From Acidobacteriota bacterium (GTDB taxonomy: Bacteria; Acidobacteriota; UBA6911): a stretch of DNA of 64,000 nt. The stretch lies in assembly GCA_037444305.1 (NCBI GenBank), contig JBBIMP010000011.1, positions 54,787 through 118,786 on the forward strand, in the 5' to 3' direction. The notes under the pieces were generated by a model. It did no database searches. It was not told where the DNA came from and saw nothing but the letters and a program-made list of their open reading frames with translations. The position numbers were made by a program, and so were the translations under genes. Positions 48,773-58,329 of this stretch are shown here, one piece after another (the stretch's first letter is position 1; the number at the start of each line of letters is the position of its first letter).

Positions 48773-49714
48773 ATGCTGCTTTTTGTATTGTGCTGTGCCT
48801 CCGTGCTGCGGGCATTCGGCCCCGGGGAGGTTGTGGTGACGCTGCGGGATCAGTCGGTCGTGCGGGGCACCTTGGTCCTGCTCGGAGACCTCGCCGAGGT
48901 GACCGGCGACGACTCCGGTGCGGCCGATAGGCTCGCTGCGCTCCCAATCAGACTTGAACCCGGATCCAGGTTGCTGAGCCGGGCCGATCTCGAAAAGCTC
49001 CTGGAGAAGGAAATGGCCGGGCTGAAAGGGGTTCGGATCGAGGGCGCACCCATCAGCCGAGTGACTGTCGGCGCCGGCGGACCGGAAGCAGAACCAATCG
49101 CGCAACTGCTGAAGGCACGTCTCGCCGCCGTAACGCAGTGGAGCGAGGAGGAGATTCTCGTCCGGCGGATCTCGGGCCTCGATGACCTGGGCCTGCCCGC
49201 TGCCGGAGTCGAATACAGGGTGGCTGGGCACATCTCGCCCGGGGCGATGCGGAATCCGCTCGTACCCTTCGAAGCTCTGATCGATGGCAAACGGGTGCGC
49301 ACATTCTGGGTGAAGGCCGAGGTCCGGGTGGTAGCCAGGGTCGTCAAGGCCCTCAACCGCATCGACTATCGGTCCCGCCTGCAGGCCGCAGACCTGGAGG
49401 AGATTGTCTGCGAGATCGAAGATCCGGGCCTGATCTATGTGAGGGCGCTGGCCGAAGCAACCGGAGCGATTGCCAAAAGGACGCTGGCGCCGGGCGATTT
49501 GATCCGGAAAAACTGGCTGGAGGCGGGAACTATGGTGCGCAAGGGGGATACCGTGCGCCTTGTCGCCGTGCGCGATTCCGTCAGCCTGACCGTGCTGGCC
49601 CGCGCGCTGCAGGACGGTAAACTCGGCGAGCAGATCCGCGTGCAGAATCTCGATTTCAACCGGCCCGTGACCGCACAGGTGACGGGCGAGCGCGAAGTGC
49701 GCGTGGGCAATTAA
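48773..49714 (+). CDS. flgA: P-ring formation chaperone FlgA
   Basis: Signal peptide, SAF-like domain, V..G..V....ALQDG..GE.IRV.N; start uncertain (frame open from 48536). Confidence 0.85.
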   Translation: MLLFVLCCASVLRAFGPGEVVVTLRDQSVVRGTLVLLGDLAEVTGDDSGAADRLAALPIRLEPGSRLLSRADLEKLLEKEMAGLKGVRIEGAPISRVTVGAGGPEAEPIAQLLKARLAAVTQWSEEEILVRRISGLDDLGLPAAGVEYRVAGHISPGAMRNPLVPFEALIDGKRVRTFWVKAEVRVVARVVKALNRIDYRSRLQAADLEEIVCEIEDPGLIYVRALAEATGAIAKRTLAPGDLIRKNWLEAGTMVRKGDTVRLVAVRDSVSLTVLARALQDGKLGEQIRVQNLDFNRPVTAQVTGEREVRVGN

Positions 49715-49723
49715 GGAGGACTG

Positions 49724-50431
49724 ATGAAGAAAATTCGTTGGAGGACCTCGATGGCGGTCCTGCTCGCCATTTTCCCGGCCATGTTCTTTGCCGGCTGCGG
49801 CCAGAAAAATGTCCGGAACAATGCGGCCGACAGCCTGGCTGCCTATGTCGAGGAGGCCAAAAACCAGGCGGCGAAGGACCAGACGGGCGAAGGCTCGCTC
49901 TGGGTCAACAACGGACGCCAGTCCAATCTGTTCAGGGACTTCAAAGCCAGGAACGTGAACGACATTGTCACCATCAGGGTTTACGAGACCACACAGGCGA
50001 CCACGAGCGCCGACGCCAAGAGCGGTCGGAGCACCGAGGTGGATTCCGGGTTTGACAGCATGTTCGGGGCGGAAAGGCTGGTGAAGGAGCTTGCCTCCCC
50101 GGTCTCCGGCAAGAGCGATTCCAGCTTCCAGGGCGAGGGCTCGACCACTCGGGCCACGGCCGTGAGCACCACTCTCAGCGCCCGGGTTACCGACGTGCTG
50201 CCCAACGGCTACCTTCTCGTCGAGGGGATCCGGGAAATCCGGCTCAACAACGAAGACCAGACGATTTACCTGACCGGAGTAGTGCGCCCGGAGGATATCG
50301 GGGCGGGAAATGTGGTTTCCTCCGCGGCGATCGCCCAGATGGAGATCCGCGTCCAGGGACGGGGAACCGTCAGCCAGCCGCTGAAACCGGGATGGCTTTA
50401 TAAAATCCTCACCGCAGTGATGCCCTTCTAG
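49724..50431 (+). CDS. flgH: Flagellar L-ring lipoprotein FlgH
   Basis: Lipobox FAGC, D.KA..V.DIVT, VLPNG.L, GVVRPEDI, PGWL. Confidence 0.95.
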   Translation: MKKIRWRTSMAVLLAIFPAMFFAGCGQKNVRNNAADSLAAYVEEAKNQAAKDQTGEGSLWVNNGRQSNLFRDFKARNVNDIVTIRVYETTQATTSADAKSGRSTEVDSGFDSMFGAERLVKELASPVSGKSDSSFQGEGSTTRATAVSTTLSARVTDVLPNGYLLVEGIREIRLNNEDQTIYLTGVVRPEDIGAGNVVSSAAIAQMEIRVQGRGTVSQPLKPGWLYKILTAVMPF

Positions 50432-50440
50432 GAGGCCGGC

Positions 50441-51553
50441 ATGCGCAAGTCACTGAAGTCGATGGTTGTCCTGCTTTGCCTGCCGGTTCTTTCCGCGCCG
50501 GAATCTCCGCTGCTTGCCGCCAGCAGGATCAAAGACATCGCATTTTTCGAGGGGGTCCGGGACAACCAGATTGTCGGCTACGGACTCGTGGTCGGCCTCA
50601 ACGGCTCGGGGGACAGGCGCCAGACCTTTTTCTCCACCCAGACGCTCACCAACATGCTCGAGCGGAGCGGGATCACCGTTCCGGCCGACCAGATCCGCGT
50701 CAAGAACATTGCGGCCGTAATGGTGACTGCCAACCTGCCCCCCTTCATACGGCGGGGGAGCCGGCTGGACGTGACCGTCAGTTCCATCGGGGATGCGGAA
50801 AGCATCCAGGGGGGTGTCCTGATTATGACTCCCCTGCGCGCGGCCAACGGCGAAGTGTATGTGACCGCCCAGGGACAAGTGGCCCTCGGGGGATTCAGCG
50901 CCAGCGCAGCGGGCAGCAGGGCGCAGACGAACCACCCGACGGTCGGCAAGATCATGGATGGAGGGCTGGTCGAGAGAGAAGTCCCGGTGAACATCGCGGG
51001 CAAGACCGAGCTGACGCTTGTCCTGCGGGAAAGCGATTTCACGACGGCCATGCGCGCCGTGCGCGCCGTCAACGAGACCGCAGGTGCGGATGTGGCACGC
51101 GCCGTGGATGGCCGAAGCATAGCGATCCGGATTCCGGAGCAATACGCGGGCAGGGTCGTCGAGTTCCTGTCCCTGATCGAGAACACCACGATGGACGTCG
51201 ATTTCAAGGCGCGCGTGGTGGTGAACGAGCGGACGGGCACCATCGTGATGGGGAAGGATGTCCGCATCACGGCCGTCTCCATCATCCATGGAAGCCTTTC
51301 GCTGCAGGTCGGGACCACCTTCGAGGTTTCCCAACCGCCGGCTTTTTCCAAGGGGCAGACCACGGTGGTGCCCGAAACCACGCTTTCGGTCCGCGAGGAA
51401 AAAGGCCGGACGGTGAGCCTGGGCGCCGGAGCCAACGTGGAGGAAGTCGTCCGGGCTCTCAACTCCATCGGTGCCGGGCCGCGCGACGTCATTGCCATCC
51501 TGCAGGCGATCAAGGCTGCCGGAGCCCTGCAGGCCGAACTGGAGATCATCTAG
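50441..51553 (+). CDS. flgI: Flagellar P-ring protein FlgI
   Basis: RIKDIA..EGVRDNQ.VGYGLVVGL.G.GD, AAVMVTA.LP, AGALQAEL. Confidence 0.97.
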   Translation: MRKSLKSMVVLLCLPVLSAPESPLLAASRIKDIAFFEGVRDNQIVGYGLVVGLNGSGDRRQTFFSTQTLTNMLERSGITVPADQIRVKNIAAVMVTANLPPFIRRGSRLDVTVSSIGDAESIQGGVLIMTPLRAANGEVYVTAQGQVALGGFSASAAGSRAQTNHPTVGKIMDGGLVEREVPVNIAGKTELTLVLRESDFTTAMRAVRAVNETAGADVARAVDGRSIAIRIPEQYAGRVVEFLSLIENTTMDVDFKARVVVNERTGTIVMGKDVRITAVSIIHGSLSLQVGTTFEVSQPPAFSKGQTTVVPETTLSVREEKGRTVSLGAGANVEEVVRALNSIGAGPRDVIAILQAIKAAGALQAELEII

Positions 51554-51592
51554 GCATCGGGACGGGTGAGACCGGGTATGGGAGACGTATTC

Positions 51593-52387
51593 ATGAGTGC
51601 CCAGACTAATCTTCTGGCGGGGGATCCACTCTCCAGGTCGGGTGACAGATTCCAGTCCCAGGTCCGGGGCCTGCAGGTCGGCCGCGATGCGGACCAGGAG
51701 GGGCGGCTCCGGGAGACTGCCAGGGAATTCGAGTCCCTGTTCGCCGCCTACCTCCTGAAGGTAATGCGCGAGACGATCGAGGAGTCAGGCCTCGGGGGGG
51801 AAGGGCTGGGCAAGAACATTTACTCGGAACTGTTCGACCAGGAAATCGCGGCGCTGATAGGCAGGCGCGGCGCGCTGGGCATCTCCGATATTCTTCTGAA
51901 CAGGCTGTCCGAACCGGCGCCGGCCGCTGCCGATCCGCACCAGGCCCCCGGCCTCCGCCGGGGCGGCCGGGCGCAGCCGGATGCGCCGGAAGGAGAGATC
52001 CCGGATTTCCGGATGCCGGTCCAGGCGCCGATCAGCTCCCACTATGGGCCCAGGCGGGATCCCTTCACGCGGGCTATGCGTCACCACAAGGGGATGGATA
52101 TCGCTGCGCCGTCGGGGACCCAGGTCATGGCTGCGATGGGCGGCGAGGTAGTGTTTGCCGGACGCAAACCGGGCTATGGCAACACCGTCGTGCTCCGGCA
52201 CTCCGACGGATTTGAGACCCTCTACGCCCACCTGGAATCGGTGGCCGTGCGGGAAGGCGAAGTCCTGAACGTGGAGCAGGTTCTGGGTAGGGTGGGGAGC
52301 ACGGGGCGATCCACCGGCTCGCATCTGCACTTCGAAGTGAGACGCTTTGGGGACAGCATCGATCCCAGGCTGGCGCTGGCTGAGTGA
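51593..52387 (+). CDS. flgJ: FlgJ rod-binding domain fused to an M23 peptidase
   Basis: REFESLF...LLK.MR..T, Y..LFDQE.A; then HKGMD, GYGN, YAHL, STGSHLHFE. Confidence 0.82.
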   Translation: MSAQTNLLAGDPLSRSGDRFQSQVRGLQVGRDADQEGRLRETAREFESLFAAYLLKVMRETIEESGLGGEGLGKNIYSELFDQEIAALIGRRGALGISDILLNRLSEPAPAAADPHQAPGLRRGGRAQPDAPEGEIPDFRMPVQAPISSHYGPRRDPFTRAMRHHKGMDIAAPSGTQVMAAMGGEVVFAGRKPGYGNTVVLRHSDGFETLYAHLESVAVREGEVLNVEQVLGRVGSTGRSTGSHLHFEVRRFGDSIDPRLALAE

Positions 52388-52554
52388 GGTGCAGTACGCC
52401 TGACCATTTCCGGGGCACCCGTTGATGGATGGTTGCTGCGGCGACAAGGGAAGAGCGAGCCAACCCGGCCCCTCGAACGGGATTTCGGGAATTGAGGCGG
52501 CGTTCCCGGGTGTAGTAAGATTTACCAGCCGCCTGCGGCTAAACCGATAACGGC

Positions 52555-52582
52555 TAAAGTGTTATGCCTCGGCGGACGATAA
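52555..52582 (+). promoter_or_regulatory. Sigma28 promoter for flgM
   Basis: TAAA-N16-GACGATAA. Confidence 0.65.
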
Positions 52583-52616
52583 GATGTCTCGAGTAGACAA
52601 AACTCTTGAGGCAAAC

Positions 52617-52931
52617 ATGGAAATAGATGGCAAATCCCACCTGATAGACCTGGGGACCAGGGTGTCCCGGCTCGAGGTTCAGGAGCAGCAGGCGCAGCGG
52701 GTTCGCAAGGAAGTCCGGGAGGCCGCCGAGGAGCGGGCCGACCGGATTGAACTCTCCGTGCGGAGCCGGGAGCTGCTCCAGCTGGACAAACTGATTCAGT
52801 CAGTTCCGGATGTCCGCGAGGCAAAGGTAGAACAGGTCCGTCGCTCCATTGAGAACAGCACATATAACGTCAGGGCCGAGCGTGTCGCCGACAAGATCCT
52901 GGGCGGGAATGTGCTGGACGAGTTGTTCTGA
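52617..52931 (+). CDS. flgM: Anti-sigma28 factor FlgM
   Basis: D.IELS, PDVR..KV..VR..IE..TY.V....VADKI. Confidence 0.9.
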   Translation: MEIDGKSHLIDLGTRVSRLEVQEQQAQRVRKEVREAAEERADRIELSVRSRELLQLDKLIQSVPDVREAKVEQVRRSIENSTYNVRAERVADKILGGNVLDELF

Positions 52932-52953
52932 ATTACGCTGCAGGGAGGCAGCT

Positions 52954-53157
52954 ATGCCGGAAAGCCTCCGCCGAATCCAACCTGTCCACTCGCACTTTCT
53001 CGACAGGGGAGCGGGTGACGAAGCTCGCCGGGAGAAGCGCCCGAAAAAAAGTGCCGGCGATTCGGGCCTGCCTTTTGCCCCCGATGACGCCCGCGATGGC
53101 GGGATCGACACCGGTGCCGCCGAACCATCCGTCAACCTGCTGGATGTGAGGATCTGA
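52954..53157 (+). CDS. Small hypothetical protein (67 aa)
   Basis: GGGAGG RBS, fills the flgM-flgN gap, ends LLDVRI. Confidence 0.55.
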   Translation: MPESLRRIQPVHSHFLDRGAGDEARREKRPKKSAGDSGLPFAPDDARDGGIDTGAAEPSVNLLDVRI

Positions 53158-53160
53158 ACC

Positions 53161-53652
53161 ATGGAAGAGAAGATCTCCGCGTTGATGGCGGTTATGCGCG
53201 AGGAAATCGGGCTGTACCGGGACCTGATCGCGCATGCCCGGAAAAAGACCGCGCTGCTGGTCCGGGGCTCACTCGATGCGCTCATGGAGAGCAACAAGGT
53301 GGAGGAAGCATTCAACTCGCGCCTGCGGGTGCTCGAGAACGATCTCAAGCGCCTGTGCTCGGAGATCGGTCAGCTGCTCAACCTCTCACGGGAGGAGATC
53401 ACCCTCCTCAGGCTTGCCGACGGAGTGAAATCGCCGTACGCCGACGAGATCAGGAGCCAGTCCACCCTGTTCAAGAACCTTGTAGAGCAGCTCAAGCAGG
53501 TGAACCGGAGGAACATCAGGCTGCTGGAGAGTTCGCTGCAATACTCGCGCGGCCTGCTGGATTTCATCGCAAACGCAACAGGTTCCTACGAGGACAGCGG
53601 GCTGCTCAAGCCCTGCACGCCCCACCAGACGAGAATATCGAGCAAGGCCTGA
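53161..53652 (+). CDS. flgN: Flagellar export chaperone FlgN
   Basis: Helical protein with L...N..N..LL..SL and terminal Y...G; between flgM and flgK. Confidence 0.85.
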   Translation: MEEKISALMAVMREEIGLYRDLIAHARKKTALLVRGSLDALMESNKVEEAFNSRLRVLENDLKRLCSEIGQLLNLSREEITLLRLADGVKSPYADEIRSQSTLFKNLVEQLKQVNRRNIRLLESSLQYSRGLLDFIANATGSYEDSGLLKPCTPHQTRISSKA

Positions 53653-53751
53653 TCCCCCTGCTCCGGCTTGGGAGCGGTCGAGTGGACGGCGCGGGGCAGG
53701 ACAACGATTTGGCGGTCACCCGCAAGGGGAGACCCGGAAGGCAGAAGGACA

Positions 53752-55152
53752 ATGTCGTCATTATTTGCGAGCCTGGGGATTGCCAGGCAGGCCATCATGG
53801 CCCAGCAGATGGGCCTGGATGTCACCCAGAACAACATCTCCAACGTCAACACGCCGGGCTATACCAGGCAGCGCGCCAATTTCGCGCCGCGAGATCCTGT
53901 CGCGCACCACTTTTACCAGGGGGGGATGGGCGTGCTCCTGCAGTCGGTCGATTCCTACCGCGATCGCCTGCTGGATTACCGTCTCAACCAGGAGCTTCAG
54001 CGGAAGGAGGAGTACAGCTCCTCTCTGGCAACCCTCCGCCAGGTCGAAGCGATACTGAACGAACACTCCGGTGCCGGTCTCCAGGGGGACATTACGGCGT
54101 TCTTCACCAGTTTCAGCGCGCTGGCCAATGCGCCCGAGGACGCGCACCTGCGCCGGCAGGTCCTGGCGCGGGCCTCACAGCTCGGCTCCCGATTCCAGGC
54201 CATATACGAACAGATCCAGGCGGTGCGGTCCCTGCAGGACAGGGCCATTGCCGACTCCGTCCAGGAGATCAACACCCTCACAGCCGGGGTTGCGCGCCTG
54301 AACGTGGAGGTCGCCTCGGTGCGCGGCTCGATCGGCAACGACGCCATCCTGCGGGACCAGCGGCAACAGCTCTTGAACCGGCTGGCGGAACTGGTGGATG
54401 TCACCTATTTCGAGACCGAGTCGGGCGGCGTCAACGTCATGACCCGGCAGGGCGTGCTCCTGGCAGTGGGCGCGGACAGCCATGCCCTGGAGGTCTCGGC
54501 CTCCTCGGTAGGCAACCGCATCGAGATCCGCTCCGGCGGCGTGGATGTCACCTCCCGCATCGACTCGGGTAAACTCGGCGGCCTGCTGAAGACACGGGAC
54601 GACCTCGTCGCGGGCTACCTTGAAACGCTTGACGGCCTGGCCGCCGCCATCGTCTCCCAAGTCAACGCTCAGCATGCCCAGGGCATCGATCTCAACGGCG
54701 ATGTTGGCGGCAATTTCTTCGTGCCCTTTGCCCAGCCGGAGCCCGGGTCCAACCTGGGCGCCGCGCGCGCGCTCCAGGTGGCCATCAGTGACGTCGCCAA
54801 AATAGCCGCCGGCGAACCCGGCCTGGGACCGGGGAGCAACGCCAATGCGAAGCTGCTCGCCGGGCTCCAGAATGCGCCTGCGTTCGCCGGGGGGAAAGCT
54901 ACCTTCGAGCAGGTCTATGCCGATTTCATCTTCAGGATCGGCCTGGATGCACGGACAGCGCACGATTCGCTGACAACCCAGGAGACGCTCCTGGCGCAGC
55001 TTCAGTACCAGAGGGACATGTACTCCGGGGTCAGTCTGGATGAGGAGGCCGTCAACCTGCTCCGCTTCCAGAGGGCCTACGAGGCCAATGCCAGGCTCAT
55101 CCGGATTCTGGACAGCCTGACGGAAGAAGTCATGAGGATATTGGGGGGCTGA
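53752..55152 (+). CDS. flgK: Hook-associated protein FlgK
   Basis: NNISNVNTPGYTRQR, LRDQR, SGVSLDEEA.NL..FQRAYEANA. Confidence 0.95.
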   Translation: MSSLFASLGIARQAIMAQQMGLDVTQNNISNVNTPGYTRQRANFAPRDPVAHHFYQGGMGVLLQSVDSYRDRLLDYRLNQELQRKEEYSSSLATLRQVEAILNEHSGAGLQGDITAFFTSFSALANAPEDAHLRRQVLARASQLGSRFQAIYEQIQAVRSLQDRAIADSVQEINTLTAGVARLNVEVASVRGSIGNDAILRDQRQQLLNRLAELVDVTYFETESGGVNVMTRQGVLLAVGADSHALEVSASSVGNRIEIRSGGVDVTSRIDSGKLGGLLKTRDDLVAGYLETLDGLAAAIVSQVNAQHAQGIDLNGDVGGNFFVPFAQPEPGSNLGAARALQVAISDVAKIAAGEPGLGPGSNANAKLLAGLQNAPAFAGGKATFEQVYADFIFRIGLDARTAHDSLTTQETLLAQLQYQRDMYSGVSLDEEAVNLLRFQRAYEANARLIRILDSLTEEVMRILGG

Positions 55153-55154
55153 TC

Positions 55155-56030
55155 ATGCGCATTGGAGATGCAGCGAGCTATCGTAACGTTCTTGCCAACC
55201 TGGGCATGCTGAACGAGCGGATGGAGAATGCCACGATGCAGGTCTCCTCCGGAAAACGCCTGACCCGGCCGAGCGACTCCCCCTCGGAGAGCGCCGAGGT
55301 GACTCACCTGAAGGGGCAGCTCATCCGGATCGACCAGTATCGTACGAATGTCGATTCGGGGAGATTTTACCTGCGGATCGCGGAGACCGCTTTGAGCTCG
55401 GTGCATGATGGCCTGACCGCCGTTTTCATGAGGGGCAGCCAAGCCGGCAGCAATTTCAACGATCCGACCGCGCTGGCCGCCCTCGCCTCCGAAATCCGGG
55501 CGATCCGCGACCAGATCTTCGAACTTGCCAACAGCCACATCCAGGGCCGTTACCTATTTGCGGGTTCCATGGTACATCAGCCGGCCTTCGCGATTTCCGG
55601 AGACACGGTCTCCTACCGGGGAGACAACGCCGTCAATACCGTCGAGATAAGCGGCGGCCTGCAGGTAGAGCAGAACATTTCCGGTTCCGCCGTGTTCGAT
55701 CCGGTGTTCGAAAACATCCGGCTGCTGCTGGACGGCATCGACAGGGACGACAAGACGGCGATCCAGGCAGCACTGGACCGGTTCAAACAGACCTTCGCCG
55801 CCGTGGGCACAGTCCGATCGCGCCTGGGTGTGGAGCTGGCCAAGCTCGAAAACGTCGAGATTCACCTCCAGGCCCGCGAGGAGAGCCTCGTGCTGCGCAA
55901 GGCGCGGATTGAGGACGCGAACATGGCGGAAGCCATCAGCCGGATCAACCAGACCCAAGCAGCATTGAATGCCGCCTTCCAGGTAGGTTCGCTCGTCCGG
56001 CGCCGGAGCCTCTTCGACTATCTGGGCTGA
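55155..56030 (+). CDS. flgL: Hook-associated protein FlgL
   Basis: MRI, SSGKR...PSD, GRYLFAG, SLFDYL. Confidence 0.93.
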   Translation: MRIGDAASYRNVLANLGMLNERMENATMQVSSGKRLTRPSDSPSESAEVTHLKGQLIRIDQYRTNVDSGRFYLRIAETALSSVHDGLTAVFMRGSQAGSNFNDPTALAALASEIRAIRDQIFELANSHIQGRYLFAGSMVHQPAFAISGDTVSYRGDNAVNTVEISGGLQVEQNISGSAVFDPVFENIRLLLDGIDRDDKTAIQAALDRFKQTFAAVGTVRSRLGVELAKLENVEIHLQAREESLVLRKARIEDANMAEAISRINQTQAALNAAFQVGSLVRRRSLFDYLG

Positions 56031-56137
56031 TGGCGGAACTGGTCTGCGCGCGCAAAAACCACTCAATCGGGAGTTTCATAATCGTATAGAATAGGGCCGG
56101 CTCGAGACTGCGCGAACCGGCGCGGCGGGAAAGTGAA

Positions 56138-56587
56138 ATGACGGATACGACGGCGCTCAGGATTCAAACTCCCAACTTCGGCGAGCTGGAGGTTCCGGCG
56201 GATAAGATCATTCAGTTCCGCGGGGGGATTCCCGGATTTCCTTTTGTCCGAAGCTTTGCCGTTCTCGAGTTCGACGACCTCCGCCCCTTCCGCTACCTGC
56301 AGTCGCTGGAGGAGCCTCCGATCGCGCTGCTGATAGTGAATCCCGGACTGCTGCGTCCGGAGTACTCTGTGCAGCTTGCCGAGGGAGACCTGAAGGATCT
56401 GGAAGCTGCCGATCAGCAGGCCCTGAGCACCTATGTCGTGGCGACCATCCCCGCGGCCCCAGGAGACGCCACCATGAACCTGATGGCTCCGATACTGGTG
56501 AATGAGAGCAAGCGCCTTGGCAAGCAGGTTATCATGATCGACAGCGGCTACTCCGTGCAGGAGCCCATGCTGGTTGGGAACCAGTGA
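56138..56587 (+). CDS. fliW: Flagellar assembly factor FliW
   Basis: FG.LEV....II.F..GIPGF, LQSL, T.NL.API.VN....GKQVI. Confidence 0.93.
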   Translation: MTDTTALRIQTPNFGELEVPADKIIQFRGGIPGFPFVRSFAVLEFDDLRPFRYLQSLEEPPIALLIVNPGLLRPEYSVQLAEGDLKDLEAADQQALSTYVVATIPAAPGDATMNLMAPILVNESKRLGKQVIMIDSGYSVQEPMLVGNQ

Positions 56588-56661
56588 ACTCGGCGCGGGT
56601 AGAATGCTGAGGTCCGAGACGCTCGCTGCCTGCAAAAGCCAGCCATGGAGGGATGAAAGAT

Positions 56662-56889
56662 TTGCTGGTCTTCAGTCGGAAGAAGGGCGAAAGTCTAATG
56701 ATCGGCAATGAAATCGAGGTCTCGATCCTGAACATCGGATCCGGCGCCGTCAAGCTGGGCATCACTGCCCCACGCCACATTTCCGTTCACAGGCACGAGG
56801 TTTATGAGGCGATCAGCCGCGAAAATCTGGCGGCCGCCCGGTCGCAGCCGCCGGACTCCCGCATTCTCAAAAAGCTCTTCAACAAGTAA
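56662..56889 (+). CDS. csrA: Carbon storage regulator CsrA
   Basis: LVFSRKKGESLMIG, VKLGI.AP....VHR.EVY..I..EN; TTG start inferred from GGAGG spacing (alternative ATG56653). Confidence 0.93.
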   Translation: MLVFSRKKGESLMIGNEIEVSILNIGSGAVKLGITAPRHISVHRHEVYEAISRENLAAARSQPPDSRILKKLFNK

Positions 56890-56984
56890 TCCGCAAGGCA
56901 TCGCAGCCCCCTCTCAATCGATGACCGGCTTTCTCTGTATGCCTGCCGGCACAGGAAGCCGTGTTCAGGGGCCAAACAGACCGG

Positions 56985-57012
56985 TAAAGGGTATGGGCGT
57001 TTTTCACGATAA
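56985..57012 (+). promoter_or_regulatory. Sigma28 promoter for the tandem receiver gene
   Basis: TAAA-N16-CACGATAA, same layout as the flgM promoter. Confidence 0.6.
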
Positions 57013-57141
57013 GAAACAAGGGTCCGCCTTTGAGAGGCCGCTCGGCAGTCCCGCCGGGATATGCGGCATCGCCGCAAATCACGCGCGGGAGGTTTTTCTG
57101 AACGTTCGCCCAGGCGAACAGATAGAGATTTCTGGAAGGAA

Positions 57142-58317
57142 ATGCCCAAGAAAGTACTGACCATCGACGACAGCAAGACGCTGCGCATGATCGTAGCCAA
57201 AAACCTCAATCCCTTCGGCGTCGCCACGATTGAGGCGGAAAACGGAGCCATTGGCCTGGAGCGTGCGCAATCCGAAAAGCCATCCCTAATCCTGCTGGAC
57301 TGCAACATGCCGGTGATGGACGGCCTGAAAACCCTGGAAAAACTCAAGGCAGATGCCGCGCTCCGCGATATTCCGGTGGTCATGCTCACGACCGAGACGG
57401 GCGAGGATAGCGTATTGAAGCTCATCAAGCTCGGAATCAGCGATTTCATCGCCAAACCCTTCTCCCGGGACAACCTGTTACGGAAACTGAATCCGATCAT
57501 GGGTTTGTATGAGGGAGATATCCCCCCGGAAGTCACGGCCGGCGCCGGGGCGGTGACGGTCGAGCGCGACGACCGGAAGGTGGTCGTCGCGGTGGACGAC
57601 AAGGAAAACATCCTCGACCAGCTGAAGCAGTTCCTGCAGGAGGAGTACCGCGTGCTGACCGTGACCAACGGGACCAATGCCGCCGCGCTGATCCGCTCAA
57701 TCCACACGGACTGGCTTCTGCTGGACACGGAACTGCCTGACATGAGCGGCGTGGAGCTTTACAAGCGAACACGGATCCAGCTCGAGGAGTACAGGACAAA
57801 GGTGATCTGCATGACGCTGAGGACCTCGGAGTCGGATGTCCTGAGCGCCCGGCAGGCGGGCATCAAGGGTGTGCTCTACAAACCCTTCAGCAAGGCGGAG
57901 GTGATGGCCGCGATGGCGGGCCTTGCCCAGGCTGAGGCCTACCTGCAGTGCCTCGGCGCGGACCAATTACAGTTCTTGGGAGGCAAGAAGGTCAAGATGC
58001 TCACCTTCCCCGAGGAGGGGCACCCCTCGCTGAAGAGGTTCTCCAGCGCCCTGGGTTTGGAAATACTGAAGGAATTGAACGAAATGGCGGATGAGGGCGT
58101 GGGCTGCCTAATTCTGCAGCTGACGCCTGCCGTCATGTCTGACCTGGCGATCGTCAGGAAATTCATAGCCCTGTTGCAGCACGCCGAAAAGCTGTCTCTT
58201 TCTGTCCGGCTGGTCGCAGAAAGCGAGCGCATCAGGGAGCGGCTCAAGCTCTTCCTGGAGACATCCGCCGTTCGGACTTTCAATTCTGTGGACGAGGCAC
58301 TCGAGTCCTTCGCCTAG
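57142..58317 (+). CDS. Tandem receiver protein (REC-REC) with STAS-like C-terminus
   Basis: IDDS..LLDCNMP..MLT..AKPF and VDDK..LLDTELP..MT..YKPF; C-terminus ends FNSVDEALESF. Confidence 0.8.
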   Translation: MPKKVLTIDDSKTLRMIVAKNLNPFGVATIEAENGAIGLERAQSEKPSLILLDCNMPVMDGLKTLEKLKADAALRDIPVVMLTTETGEDSVLKLIKLGISDFIAKPFSRDNLLRKLNPIMGLYEGDIPPEVTAGAGAVTVERDDRKVVVAVDDKENILDQLKQFLQEEYRVLTVTNGTNAAALIRSIHTDWLLLDTELPDMSGVELYKRTRIQLEEYRTKVICMTLRTSESDVLSARQAGIKGVLYKPFSKAEVMAAMAGLAQAEAYLQCLGADQLQFLGGKKVKMLTFPEEGHPSLKRFSSALGLEILKELNEMADEGVGCLILQLTPAVMSDLAIVRKFIALLQHAEKLSLSVRLVAESERIRERLKLFLETSAVRTFNSVDEALESFA

Positions 58318-58329
58318 CTTCAGCGCACG

